From Eledone cirrhosa (Eukaryota): a stretch of DNA of 64,000 bases. The stretch covers positions 412,920,001-412,984,000 of the forward strand of contig OZ024741.1 in NCBI GenBank assembly GCA_964016885.1, given 5' to 3'. Shown here in pieces: positions 12,905 through 23,500 of this stretch; the stretch's first letter is position 1, and each line of letters opens with the position of its first letter. The notes below the pieces were generated by a model. It had not been told where the DNA came from. It was given only the letters and a program-made list of their open reading frames with translations, and did not search any database. A program made the translations under genes and the position numbers.

Positions 12905-13323
12905 GGCATACGTCAAGACGGGCGTTCTCAAAAGTGAAACTAATTTTTGACAGTTACGTAAGTGATTACTTTCACACACAATGTCATTATTTAAAAAAAA
13001 AACCATGCAATTGTGTACATGCATATATATATACATCTACAAATTCATACAAATGTGTATGTTTGCATAAATATATATATACAGACACATATATATACAC
13101 ACAAACACATATATATACACACAAACACATATATACACACAAACATATATATACGTCTAAACCCATGCTTGCGTGGAAGATAGACGTTAAACGATGATGA
13201 TGACACAAACATCTATATATATACAAACACACATATATATATATATACATACACACACACATATATATACACACATGTCAAAAATTAGTTTCACTTTTGA
13301 GACCGCCCGTCTTGACATATGCC
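12905..13323. mobile_element. MITE-like element with 48-bp terminal inverted repeats, in (TA)n
   Basis: GGCATACGTCAAGACGGGCGTTCTCAAAAGTGAAACTAATTTTTGACA (12905-12952) matches the reverse complement of 13276-13323 with 2 mismatches. Non-coding interior with microsatellite and an RTE tail stub. Confidence 0.8.
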
Positions 13324-13979
13324 ATATATATATATGTAATATATGTATATATATATATTATAAAGTAAAATGACATATATCATCATCACCATTTAACGTT
13401 GATTTTTCTACGTTAGCATGGATTTATGTATATATATATATACGTCAATGTACGTCAATACTCATCTTTTTCCATTTCTCCGAGGGTTCTTAACCCCACT
13501 ATCAGGCTAAATAATTTCTTTAATTTCTTTAGTCAAAATACGGCGATAGCTTACATTTATAATAATTTCAAACCCGCTCGCTGTTTCGAAAATATTCTTA
13601 CTTGATATATATATATATAAAGAGAGAGAGAGAGAGAGATGATAATGATATGTTTAAGTATGTATGTATATAATCAACTTCATCATATAAGAGAAGGTGA
13701 AATTGTACCAAATTAATTAGAAATACCTTAAGAAATTGATGCTTTAGGATATAGTGAACATCTTAATATCAAACATATCATTTACCTGGCATATCACCTG
13801 TCGATAGGGAAGATACTAGACACTACAGTCAACCTTCTTCCTCATGATGGGTCATGTGTATTGAAATCACATTCTATACAGGGTTCATCATAATTAACTT
13901 CTTGAATATCAACATACTTTTACAGAAATTCTAAAACTAACATATGAAGACATATTAATAGAGGAACATTATACTGCAC

Positions 13980-14084
13980 ACCACCAGTATAACTTGGGGG
14001 AGTATATGTCAGCAGCCCAGTTGCTATAACATACCACCAATATAACTTGGGGGAGTATATGTCAACAGCCCAGGTGCTATAACA
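13980..14084. repeat. Direct tandem duplication of 53 bp
   Basis: ACCACCARTATAACTTGGGGGAGTATATGTCARCAGCCCAGKTGCTATAACA occurs twice. Confidence 0.85.
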
Positions 14085-14234
14085 AATGTTGTACGTTGAT
14101 ATACCAGGTGATGGAATATTCCACTCATTCTATTTGGTTATTGTACTTATGGTTTATTATTCAAGATATAGATGTAAGTAGAAAGTGACTGAGCATTCTT
14201 CATATCTACATTGTGTAATTCTCAGATAGATTTA

Positions 14235-14388
14235 ATATGACAGAGTGTGTGACACGGCAGGCAGGCCCTTTAAATTACAGGTACAACTGAGTGGACTGGA
14301 CATATCTGAAATATATAGTCTCCTGCTGCTGGGAATTGAACCTATAACCTTACAATCATGAGCCAACCCCCTTATCACTAAACCACAT
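14235..14388 (-). mobile_element. tRNA-derived SINE remnant
   Basis: Minus strand reads GTGGTTTAGTGATAAGGGG...CATGATTGTAAGGTTATAGGTTCAATTCCCAG, with A-box and B-box in tRNA spacing but no intact cloverleaf. Confidence 0.6.
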
Positions 14389-14561
14389 CTCTTCACGTCT
14401 CTAATCATGTCCCTTTTGAAAGTTTTTCTGGCTGATATGGGTAGGATGGCTTTGATAACTTTAGGCAATTATATGATACCTAGTAGTATCTGATTTACCA
14501 AGTGGGTGTTGGTGTTCTCTCTCACTGTCTCTGTCTCTCTTGCTCTCCCCACCTCACACTA

Positions 14562-16600
14562 TTATAAATGGGAACCCACATGCTGGCTGCCCGCGGTCCT
14601 GGCGGACAGAATAGAGAAGGTATTTCTCTGGAGTATGGTGAGGGAGATGTGTTGGAAGAGCCATTCCAGCTTACGAGGCTCACACCTGTGGGTAGCCAAC
14701 TCCGTGCCGATGGTGGTGAGTAGGGAGGTGGTCCTAGGGCCAGGCACCAGAAGTTTCCACTGCTATGGGGTGCCAGTGATGGTGGTGAGTAGGGAGTTGG
14801 TCCTAGGGCCAGACACCAGAAGTCTCCACTGCTATGGGGTTCCAGTGATTGTAGTTGGTAGGGAGTTGGTCCTAGGGCCAGACACCAGAAGTCTCCACTG
14901 CTATGGGGTGCCAGTGATTGTAGTGGGTGGGGAGTTGGTCCTAGGGCCAGACACCAGAAGTCTCCACTGCTATGGGGTCCCAGTGATGGTAGTGAGTAGG
15001 GAGGTGGTCCTAGGGCCAGACACCAGAAGTCTCCACTGCTATGGGGTGCCAGTGATGGTGGGTAGGGAGGTGGTCCTAGGGCCAGACACCAGAAGTCTCC
15101 ACTGCTATGGGGTGCCAGTGATTGTAGTGGGTGGGGAGTTGGTCCTAGGGCCAGACACCAGAAGTCTCCACTGCTATGGGGTGCCAGTGATTGTAGTGGG
15201 TGGGGAGTTGGTCCTAGGGCCAGACACCAGAAGTCTCCACTGCTATGGGGTGCCAGTGATGGTGGGTAGGGAGGTGGTCCTAGGGCCAGACACCAGAAGT
15301 GTCCACTGCTATGGGGTGCCAGTGATGGTAGTGAGTAGGGAGGTGCTCCTAGGGCCAGACACCAGAAGTCTCCACTGCTATGGGGTGCCAGTGATGGTGA
15401 GTAGGGAGGTGGTCCTAGGGCCAGACACCAGAAGTCTCCACTGCTATGGGGTGCCAGTGATGGTGGGTAGGGAGGTGGTCCTAGGGCCAGACACCAGAAG
15501 TCTCCACTGCTATGGGGTGCCAGTGATTGTAGTGGGTGGGGAGTTGGTCCTAGGGCCAGACACCAGAAGTCTCCACTGCTATGGGGTCCCAGTGATGGTG
15601 AGTAGGGAGTTGGTCCTAGGGCCAGACACCAGAAGTCTCCACTGCTATGGGGTTCCAGTGATTGTAGTGGGTGGGGAGTTGGTCCTAGGGCTAGACACCA
15701 GAAGTCTCCACTGCTATGGGGTCCCAGTGATGGTGAGGAGGGAGTTGGTCCTAGGGCCAGACACCAGAAGTCTCCACTGCTATGGGGTTCCAGTGATTGT
15801 AGTGGGTAGGGAGGTGGTCCTAGGGCCAGACACCAGAAGTCTCCACTGCTATGGGGTGCCAGTGATTGTAGTGGGTAGGGAGGTGGTCCTAGGGCCAGAC
15901 ACCAGAAGTCTCCACTGCTATGGGGTGCCAGTGATTGTAGTGGGTGGGGAGTTGGTCCTAGGGCTAGACACCAGAAGTCTCCACTGCTATGGGGTCCCAG
16001 TGATGGTGAGGAGGGAGTTGGTCCTAGGGCCAGACACCAGAAGTCTCCACTGCTATGGGGTTCCAGTGATTGTAGTGGGTAGGGAGGTAGTCCTAGGGCC
16101 AGACACCAGAAGTCTCCACTGCTATGGGGTGCCAGTGATTGTAGTGGGTAGGGAGGTGGTCCTAGGGCCAGACACCAGAAGTCTCCACTGCTATGGGGTT
16201 CCAGTGATTGTAGTGGGTGGGGAGTTGGTCCTAGGGCCAGACACCAGAAGTCTCCACTGCTATGGGGTGCCAGTGATGGTGGGTAGGGAGGTGGTCCTAG
16301 GGCCAAGGACACCAGGAGTTTCCACTGCTATGGGCTCAACCGCAAACCTGTCCGAGAGTGACCGATATTTGGAGAGTTTACCCCCAGCCCAAAGTGCAGC
16401 AGAGCCTGGGTTAGTCACAGACTGCACTGGGTTGCCACTGAAGAAGGTGTTGCTACATGTGGCATCCCAGAAGATGGTCAAGCCATCTAGCCTTTCGTCG
16501 TCCCTTTGGTCCAACCTCGTCGGCTCAAGCTGAGAGGGGAAGCCTGCAGCATCCATACTATGCTTTAATATTTCTGCTATTTTATTGTCCCCAAAACATC
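14562..16600 (-). mobile_element. CRE-like non-LTR retrotransposon remnant (C-terminal restriction-like endonuclease), split by a tandem array
   Basis: 16260-16649 frame: AGFPSQLEP..RLDGLT..WDATC..SAA..KLSKY..PIAVETPGVLG. 14562-14747 frame: IG.EL..EPR..WLFQHISLTILQRNTFSIL. These match recalled CRE-clade REL motifs (RPDG, WD.TC, K..KY, P.A.ET.G, Q.IS.A.QRGNA). Confidence 0.75.
14713..16332. repeat. Minisatellite of 66/69-bp units, 23 full copies plus flanking partial
   Basis: Unit CCTAGGGCCAGACACCAGAAGTCTCCACTGCTATGGGGTGCCAGTGAT(GGT/TGTAGT)GGGTAGGGAGGTGGT. 23 HCYG repeats counted in ORF 14506-16533. Confidence 0.97.
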
Positions 16601-16989
16601 TGCCAGCAAATCCTAAAGGATTTCTGTATTTACATTTTGGGGGCATCATAAATTGAAAAAAAATAAAATAAACCCCACAAGATATTTATTCATTTATGGG
16701 GATTTTTTTTTTTTCACCAAAATACAAAGAGTAACCTATTATGAGTGAGAGGTGTCAATTGTCTCCTGAACTAAACAACCTCAATGAGATGGTAAATTAT
16801 TCATTATTAACCCCACATCTCCCCAGGGGAGGGGGAACAGTGAGAGAGAATAACTTTCAGAGTGGAACCAATCAGAAGAAGTAAATCTCAGAGAAATTCT
16901 ATTAAACAGTTTGTTAGTTTTCCTATAATTAATGGCCTCATTACAGATTTACAGCCACTGACCACCAGAACATTCCTTAATAGACAACC

Positions 16990-17375
16990 TACTTCCTCTT
17001 TCTTTCATCTGTCCTTCCCCCTGCCATCTCTCTATCATCTCTTTCCTCTTTCTTTCATCTGTCATCTCTCTATCATCTCTTTCCTCTTTCTTTCATCTGT
17101 CCTTCCCTCTGTCATCTCTCTATCATCTCTTTCCTATTTATTCCATCATCTCCTCCCTCTCCCCTCTCTTCCCTCTTCCCTTTCTCTCTCCCCTCTACTC
17201 CTCCCTCTATATACCATCTCTCTATCTATTTCTTTCTTTCCTCTATATTTTATCTCCTTCTTTCTCTCCATCTCCCACTTCCCCCTCTCTATATTCTCTT
17301 CCCTCCATCTCCCACTTCCCCTCTCTATCATCTCTTCTTTCTACCCCCCCCTCTCTATCATCTCTTCCTTCCATT
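16990..17375. repeat. Pyrimidine-rich (CT) low-complexity tract
   Basis: Repeated CATCTCTCTATCATCTCTTTCCT motif; almost no G on the + strand. Confidence 0.85.
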
Positions 17376-17624
17376 AGATAATCTATAGTATCCTAGCTAC
17401 TATTAAATAGATGAAGTGATCAGGGATGTATTGAATAGCTTTGATCAGGAATCTCTTCAATCAGGTCGACCTGGATCTCACTAAACAGCCATAACAACCT
17501 AAAACCATTTTACATCCATGTTACTGGATGGATGGTTACAGACCAAAGCTCTACTAAATCAGAGCTACTGTCTTTTTATACAGATTAAGGGATCACATCT
17601 CATTCACATATCCTATATTTAAGC

Positions 17625-17803
17625 AAGGTTTCTATGGCTAGATGTTCTTTCTAATACCAACCACTTTACAGAGTGTACTTGGTGTATTTTATCATGGCAC
17701 CAGCTCCATTGAAGTTGTCTTGGCATATCTAAAGAGCCTTCTGTATGTTATATTGACTACCAACCACTTTACAGAGTGTACTGGGTGTATTTTATCATGA
17801 CAC
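17625..17803 (-). mobile_element. Old SINE/RTE 3'-UTR-related fragment with ~45-bp duplication
   Basis: ACCAACCACTTTACAGAGTGTACTKGGTGTATTTTATCATG at ~17656 and ~17758. Its reverse complement matches the RTE 3' UTR motif (CTGTAAA..GGTTGGTGTTAGGAAGGGCATCCAGC) seen at 22225-22270. Confidence 0.65.
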
Positions 17804-17974
17804 TAATGTTCCTCAAAGGGTCCTCTCCTATATTATCTTAGTTTGTTTGTCAACTGCTTTACAGAAACTAGAACATTCTTAAAGACTAGACTTACAAAAC
17901 AAAAACTGATTTGCAGAGCTAATATGACAGCTATTTCTAGAAACATCTGACTGATAAAATGACAAGTCAGTCAA

Positions 17975-18272
17975 TCATATTGGTGGCCTCCCCACAGCCC
18001 CGGCGGACAGAATGAAGAAGGCATTTCCCCAGAGGACGGCAAGGGAGACACGCTGAAAAAGCCATTCCAACTCGCGGGGCTCACACCTGCAGCTGGCCAG
18101 CTCAGCGCCTATGGTGGTGAGTAGGGAGGTAGCCCTAGGGCCGAGGACACCAGGATTCGCCAAGGATACGACTGCAAACCTGTCGAAGAGTGACAGGTAT
18201 TTGAAGAGTTTGGCCTCCTCAGCCTGACATGCAACAGAACCTGGGTCAATCGCAGACTGCACCAGGTTGCGG
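17975..18272 (-). mobile_element. Second CRE-like endonuclease C-terminal fragment, uninterrupted
   Basis: NLVQSAIDPGSVACQAEEAKLFKYLSLFDRF..PGVLGPRATSLLTTIGAELA..EPRELEWLFQRVSLAVLWGNAFFILSA is collinear with both flanks of the 14.7-16.3 kb array. Confidence 0.75.
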
Positions 18273-18722
18273 CTAAAAACAAAAAACAAATGAGTTTAAC
18301 CCCTTCATGACTCCATTTCTTATGAAATAAACTATATTTCAACCAATTAAGAATTTTGAGGGACTTAAATTATTAATCATTTCATTATTAAGACAATAAC
18401 TTAACATGGTTTTTATATAAATATATATTGGAAGGTTTTAATCAAAATAAGAACCTTTTAAAACGAGTGTTTCTATTTCATAGAACTTGAGCAGGTTTTG
18501 GCTAGGTTCGTATGAAAAGGGTTAAAAAAAAACAAAAAAACTAGAACTAAAACAAATTCAAAACAAACGAAGCAATCAGGGTTTCAAACCCACTCTTCTC
18601 TATTGAAGCAATAGAGATACTTGGCACCGATTCAAACATGTACTTCACAGTACTTAGTTATTAACACACCAGGTTTCCTATGTTTTGTTTTACTTTTTGA
18701 TTTGTTTTTGGTGTTTATATTA

Positions 18723-18754
<32 letters not shown>

Positions 18755-18899
18755 CACATTTTTGTGTTTGTTTTTTGTGTTTTTTTAATTTACCTTTATT
18801 TATTTTTTATTTTTATATTTATATTTTCCTCTATTTGTTTCCTCCCATTCCTCGCCAGTGCAGCTCCAGCATTACTGTGAATATCTAAATACATATGTA

Positions 18900-18970
18900 C
18901 AAGCTTGCATATATCAGCATGTCTATATATGTGTGTATATATATATGCATATATATATATATGTATATGC

Positions 18971-19021
<51 letters not shown>

Positions 19022-19052
19022 TATACATGCATATATATATATATATATATGC

Positions 19053-19095
<43 letters not shown>

Positions 19096-19427
19096 TATAC
19101 ATGCATATATATATATATATATGCATGTATATATATGTATATATATATATATGCATGTATATATATATATGCATGTATATATATGTATATATATATATAT
19201 GTAATATGCATATATATATATGCATATTTATATATATACATATATATATATAACCCAGGCTAGCGTGGAAGATAGATGTTAAACAAAGATGATGATATAA
19301 ATATATATACATGCATGTATATATATTTATATATGCACGTATATCATCATCATCATCATCGTTTAACGTCCATCTTCCACGCTTGCATATATATATATAC
19401 ATAAACGCATATATGTATATATGCATA

Positions 19428-19469
<42 letters not shown>

Positions 19470-19926
19470 TATAAACATATGTGTGTGTGTGTGTGTGCAG
19501 ATATATATATGTGTGTGTGCGAGTGTGCATATATATATAGAGAGAGACAGTGAGAGAGGGGGGGGGGGCATAGTAGCCACTCAACTTTCCATCAATTGTC
19601 CTACTAATATATATATATATATACACACATATATATATATATATATACATATATGTATATATATATATATATATATACACCAACATATCTATATATCCAG
19701 CCATCTAGTGGAGGTAGTATTGTAAGCAGCTCTGATATCAATGGCTTCCCTCTGACAACTGTTTCATCACTTCACCATTTATATATTAAATAAAAACCTA
19801 CACAGGCAATAATGACTTGTTGGACGGCAGACCAGACCAACCATTAAAATACCTGCACTTCTCAATATTTGATAAGGAGGTGAATGTGAGCGCAATATAT
19901 ATATATATATACACATATATACATAC

Positions 19927-19993
<67 letters not shown>

Positions 19994-20011
19994 CTGATAT
20001 ATATATATATA

Positions 20012-20066
<55 letters not shown>

Positions 20067-20113
20067 TGATATATATATATATTTATATATATATATATCA
20101 GTATATATATATA

Positions 20114-20155
<42 letters not shown>

Positions 20156-20178
20156 CTGATGTATATATATATATATAT
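18900..20178. repeat. (TA)n/(CA)n microsatellite field with TGCA and ACTGA interruptions, containing RTE tail stubs
   Basis: Long TA runs. The I/Y-rich ORFs here are artefacts. Confidence 0.95.
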
Positions 20179-22402
20179 AATTCAAGCATGTTTTACAACG
20201 TGAGGACCAGAAACAGGAGGTATTCAAGATTGCGAGGCAGTGTGTCAGAGATAGTTGTGATGTCATTGGAGAGAAGTGTATCCGGAATGATAAAGGTGAG
20301 CTTGCCCTCACAAGTGCTGAGAAGAAAGATGCATGGAAGAGTCATTATGATAGATTACTAAATGAGGAGAATGCATGGGAAGAAGAGACCCTACCCCACG
20401 TAGACCCTATAGAGGGACCAGCAGTACAAGTCAGCGGCAGCGTAGTAAGTAAGGCAATCAGAGATATGAAGATAGGGAAGGCAACCGGTCCATCGGGTAT
20501 AGCTGCCGAGATGCTGAAGGCATCTGGGTCTGTAGGTCACACTATAACCACACGTATCGTTAACCAGGTAATACTAGAGGGGGCCATACCAAAAGATTGG
20601 TGCAGTAGCATCATTGTCAACTGCTACAAAGGTAAAGGCGATGCACTAGATAGAGGAAACTATAGAGGTATAAAGTTGATGGACCAGGTCATGAAAGTAA
20701 CAGAAAGAGTTATAGCACAGCTGATTAGGGACCGGGTGAATATAGACGAGATGCAATTTGGGTTTGTTCCAGGGAAAGGCACCACTGATGCGCTCTTCCT
20801 TGTGAGGCAATTACAGGAAAAGTACCTAGCTAAAAGTAAGCCACTCTACTTGGCATTTGTCGACCTTGAGAAAGCCTTTGACAGAGTTCCACGTGCAGTA
20901 ATCTGGTGGGCTCTTAGAAAACTAGGAGTAGATGAATGGCTTGTGAAAGCGGTACAAGCCATGTATAGGGGAGCAGTCAGCAAAGTTAGGATTGGCAATG
21001 AGTGTATAGCGAGGAATTTAGCGTACAGGTTGGGGTCCACCAGGGCTCTGTTCTTAGCCCTCTCCTGTTCATCATAGTCCTGCAGGCAATAACGGAGGAG
21101 TTTAAGACCGGATGCCCATGGGAACTCCTGTATGCTGATGACCTCGCACTCATAGCTGAATCTATGGTAGAACTAGAGAATAAATTCCAAACCTGGAAGC
21201 AGGGACTAGAGAGAAAGGGCCTCAAAGTCAACATGACAAAGACTAAGGTCCTTATAAGTAGACGAGAAAACAGAACCCAGATCCCCTCAGGGAAATGGCC
21301 TTGCTCAGTATGTAGGAAAGGTGTAGGTAGGAACTCCATTCTTTGCCCCAAATGCAAACAATGGGTACACAAGAGATGTAGCGGGATCTCGGGAAGCTTA
21401 ATTAAGAATGTAGGATTCACATGCAGCAGCTGTGCTGAAACAGCAAGCAAACAGCCACAGGAAACAAGTACCACCAATCTCTGGGAGGGCCCTGTAGAAA
21501 CAGTAGACAGCTTCTGCTACCTAGGTGACCGAATTAGCAACGGAGGTGGGTGCTCAGAAAGTACAATAACTAGGGTAAGAACGGGATGGAAGAAGTTTAG
21601 GGAACTACTACCACTGCTAGCTGCAAAAGGCTTCTCCCTCAGAATGAAAGGCAGACTGTATGATGCGTGTATCCGAACAGCGATGTTGCATGGTAGTGAG
21701 ACCTGGGCGCTGAAGGTGGAAGACTTACGTAGATTAGAGAGAAACGAAGCCTGCATGCTCCGATGGATGTGTAACAGTAATATACGTGAACGACAAAGCA
21801 TAAATGAATTGAGAGAGAGACTGAGCATAAGAGGAATCAAATGCTGCGTGCAGGAGAGGCGGTTACGCTGGTATGGACATGTGATGCGTATGAAGGATGA
21901 CAGCTGCATAAAAAGGTGCAGAGCACTAGAAGTTGATGGAAACCGCGGAGTGGGGAGACCCAAGATGACTTGGGATGAGGTGATAAAAGCCGACCTTACC
22001 CAACTACACCTCTCAAAGTCAATGACACACGACCGTGACTTCTGGCGTCACGCAGTAATACAGGGTACCCGACCTCCCATGGGTACATGCTGAAGCATAT
22101 AAACAATATGCCCCCCCCCCCCCCCCCACCGCAAGGTGGTCGTGGAGGTGCCACGGCAAAAAAAGCACCCAGCCCACACTGTAAAGTGGACGTGTAGGCG
22201 CCACGAAAAAGCACCCAGCACTCACTGTAAATGAGGTTGGTGTTAGGAAGGGCATCCAGCTGTAGAAATCAAGCCAGATCAGTTCCTGTATGAGCAAGGC
22301 ATGGTCAGCCGACCAGACACTGCCCACAACAGGACAACCCGTCTAACCCATGCTAGCGTGGAAGAACGGACGTAAAACGGTGATGATGATGATGATGATG
22401 AT
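20179..22402 (+). mobile_element. Young 5'-truncated RTE LINE (subfamily B) with one frameshift
   Basis: ORFs 20466-21077 and 21002-22093 are joined by a 2-nt insertion near 21002 (AATGAGTGTATAGC). 3' UTR and (GAT)n tail run to 22402. Flanked on both sides by the ACATACTGATATAT microsatellite. Confidence 0.96.
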
Positions 22403-22474
22403 ATATACATACTGATATATATATAGATATATATACATACTGATATATATATATATATTTATATATATATATAT

Positions 22475-23440
22475 ATCATCATCATCATTTTACGTCCGCT
22501 TTTCCCTGCTTGCAAGGGTGGGACGGGTCTTATTCAGCACAGCATCTCTCCACTCGTCATGGTCCTTCGTCATCTCCACCATGAGCTTCAATGATCTGAG
22601 GTCTGTTCTCACCACCTCCGCCCATGTTTTTCGTGGTCTACCTCTACCACGTCTTCCTTCAACTGGCATTTCCTGGCACTTCTTCACCCATCGGTGATCC
22701 TCCTTGCGCATTACATGTCCATACCACCTCAGTCTCCTCTCTCGCACACTACATTCTATCCCTCTCAGACACAGTTTCTCTCTCAACACATTTATGCTGG
22801 GTCGTTCACGCACATTTACACTGCACATCCAACGGAGCATGCTTGCCTCATTTCTATCCAGCCGTCGCATATCCTCTGCAGTTGCTGCCCATGTCTAACT
22901 ACCATGCAACATCGCGCTCCTCACACAGGCATCATACAACCAGCCTTTCGTATGCAGGGAGAAACCCTTCTTCGTCAACAGAGGAAGCAGCTCCCTAAAC
23001 TTCTTCCAACCCATCCTTATTCTAGATACTATGGTCTCGGAACCCCCCCATACTAATCTGATCACCTAGGTACCGGAAGCTATCAACCACTTCTATAGCA
23101 CCCACCTACATTTGAAAAATGTGTCTATCAATGCGACTTCTATTGTCTAATTTCTCTGAACATCTACTGCATACGTATTTCTCCCTACCTGTTAGTTTGC
23201 CTGCTATCCCACTACATCTCTTGTGTAACCAGGATCTGCATTGTGTACATTTTATAGAATTTATGCCAGTTCCTTTTCTGCATATCGAACATGGCCATTT
23301 CCCTGACGGAATCAGAGTTTTGTCCTCTTTTCTACTTATCACACTTTTGTCTTAGCTAGATTTACTCTCAGTCCTCTTGCTTCCAACTGCTGTTTCCATA
23401 GCCGGAATTTATTCTCTAGCTCCTCTACTGATTCTGCCAT
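22475..23440 (-). mobile_element. RTE LINE, divergent subfamily lacking a long 3' UTR, 5'-truncated
   Basis: ORFs 23106-23342 (GKWPCSIC..CTQC..HKRC..CSRC) and 22490-22870 (LRWYGHVMR, GRGRPRKTW). The ORF runs to the stop directly before the (GAT)n tail. Confidence 0.92.
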
Positions 23441-23500
23441 ACTACACCTCTCAAAGTCAATGACACACGACCGTGACTTCTGGCGTCACGCAGTAATACA

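Noticed and set aside
13786-13800. 12-nt micro-exon candidate on the minus strand (CTATCGACAG|GTGATATGCCAG|GTAAAT)
   Set aside because: Splice-like words alone arise by chance in 64 kb; no supporting gene context.
14713-16332. CRISPR array
   Set aside because: The variable part is only 2-3 recurring alleles of the same sequence, and the unit derives from CRE coding sequence.
18796-20311. Ile/Tyr-rich ORFs (also at 24.6-25.9 kb and 32-33.8 kb)
   Set aside because: Translations of (TA)n/(CA)n microsatellites.
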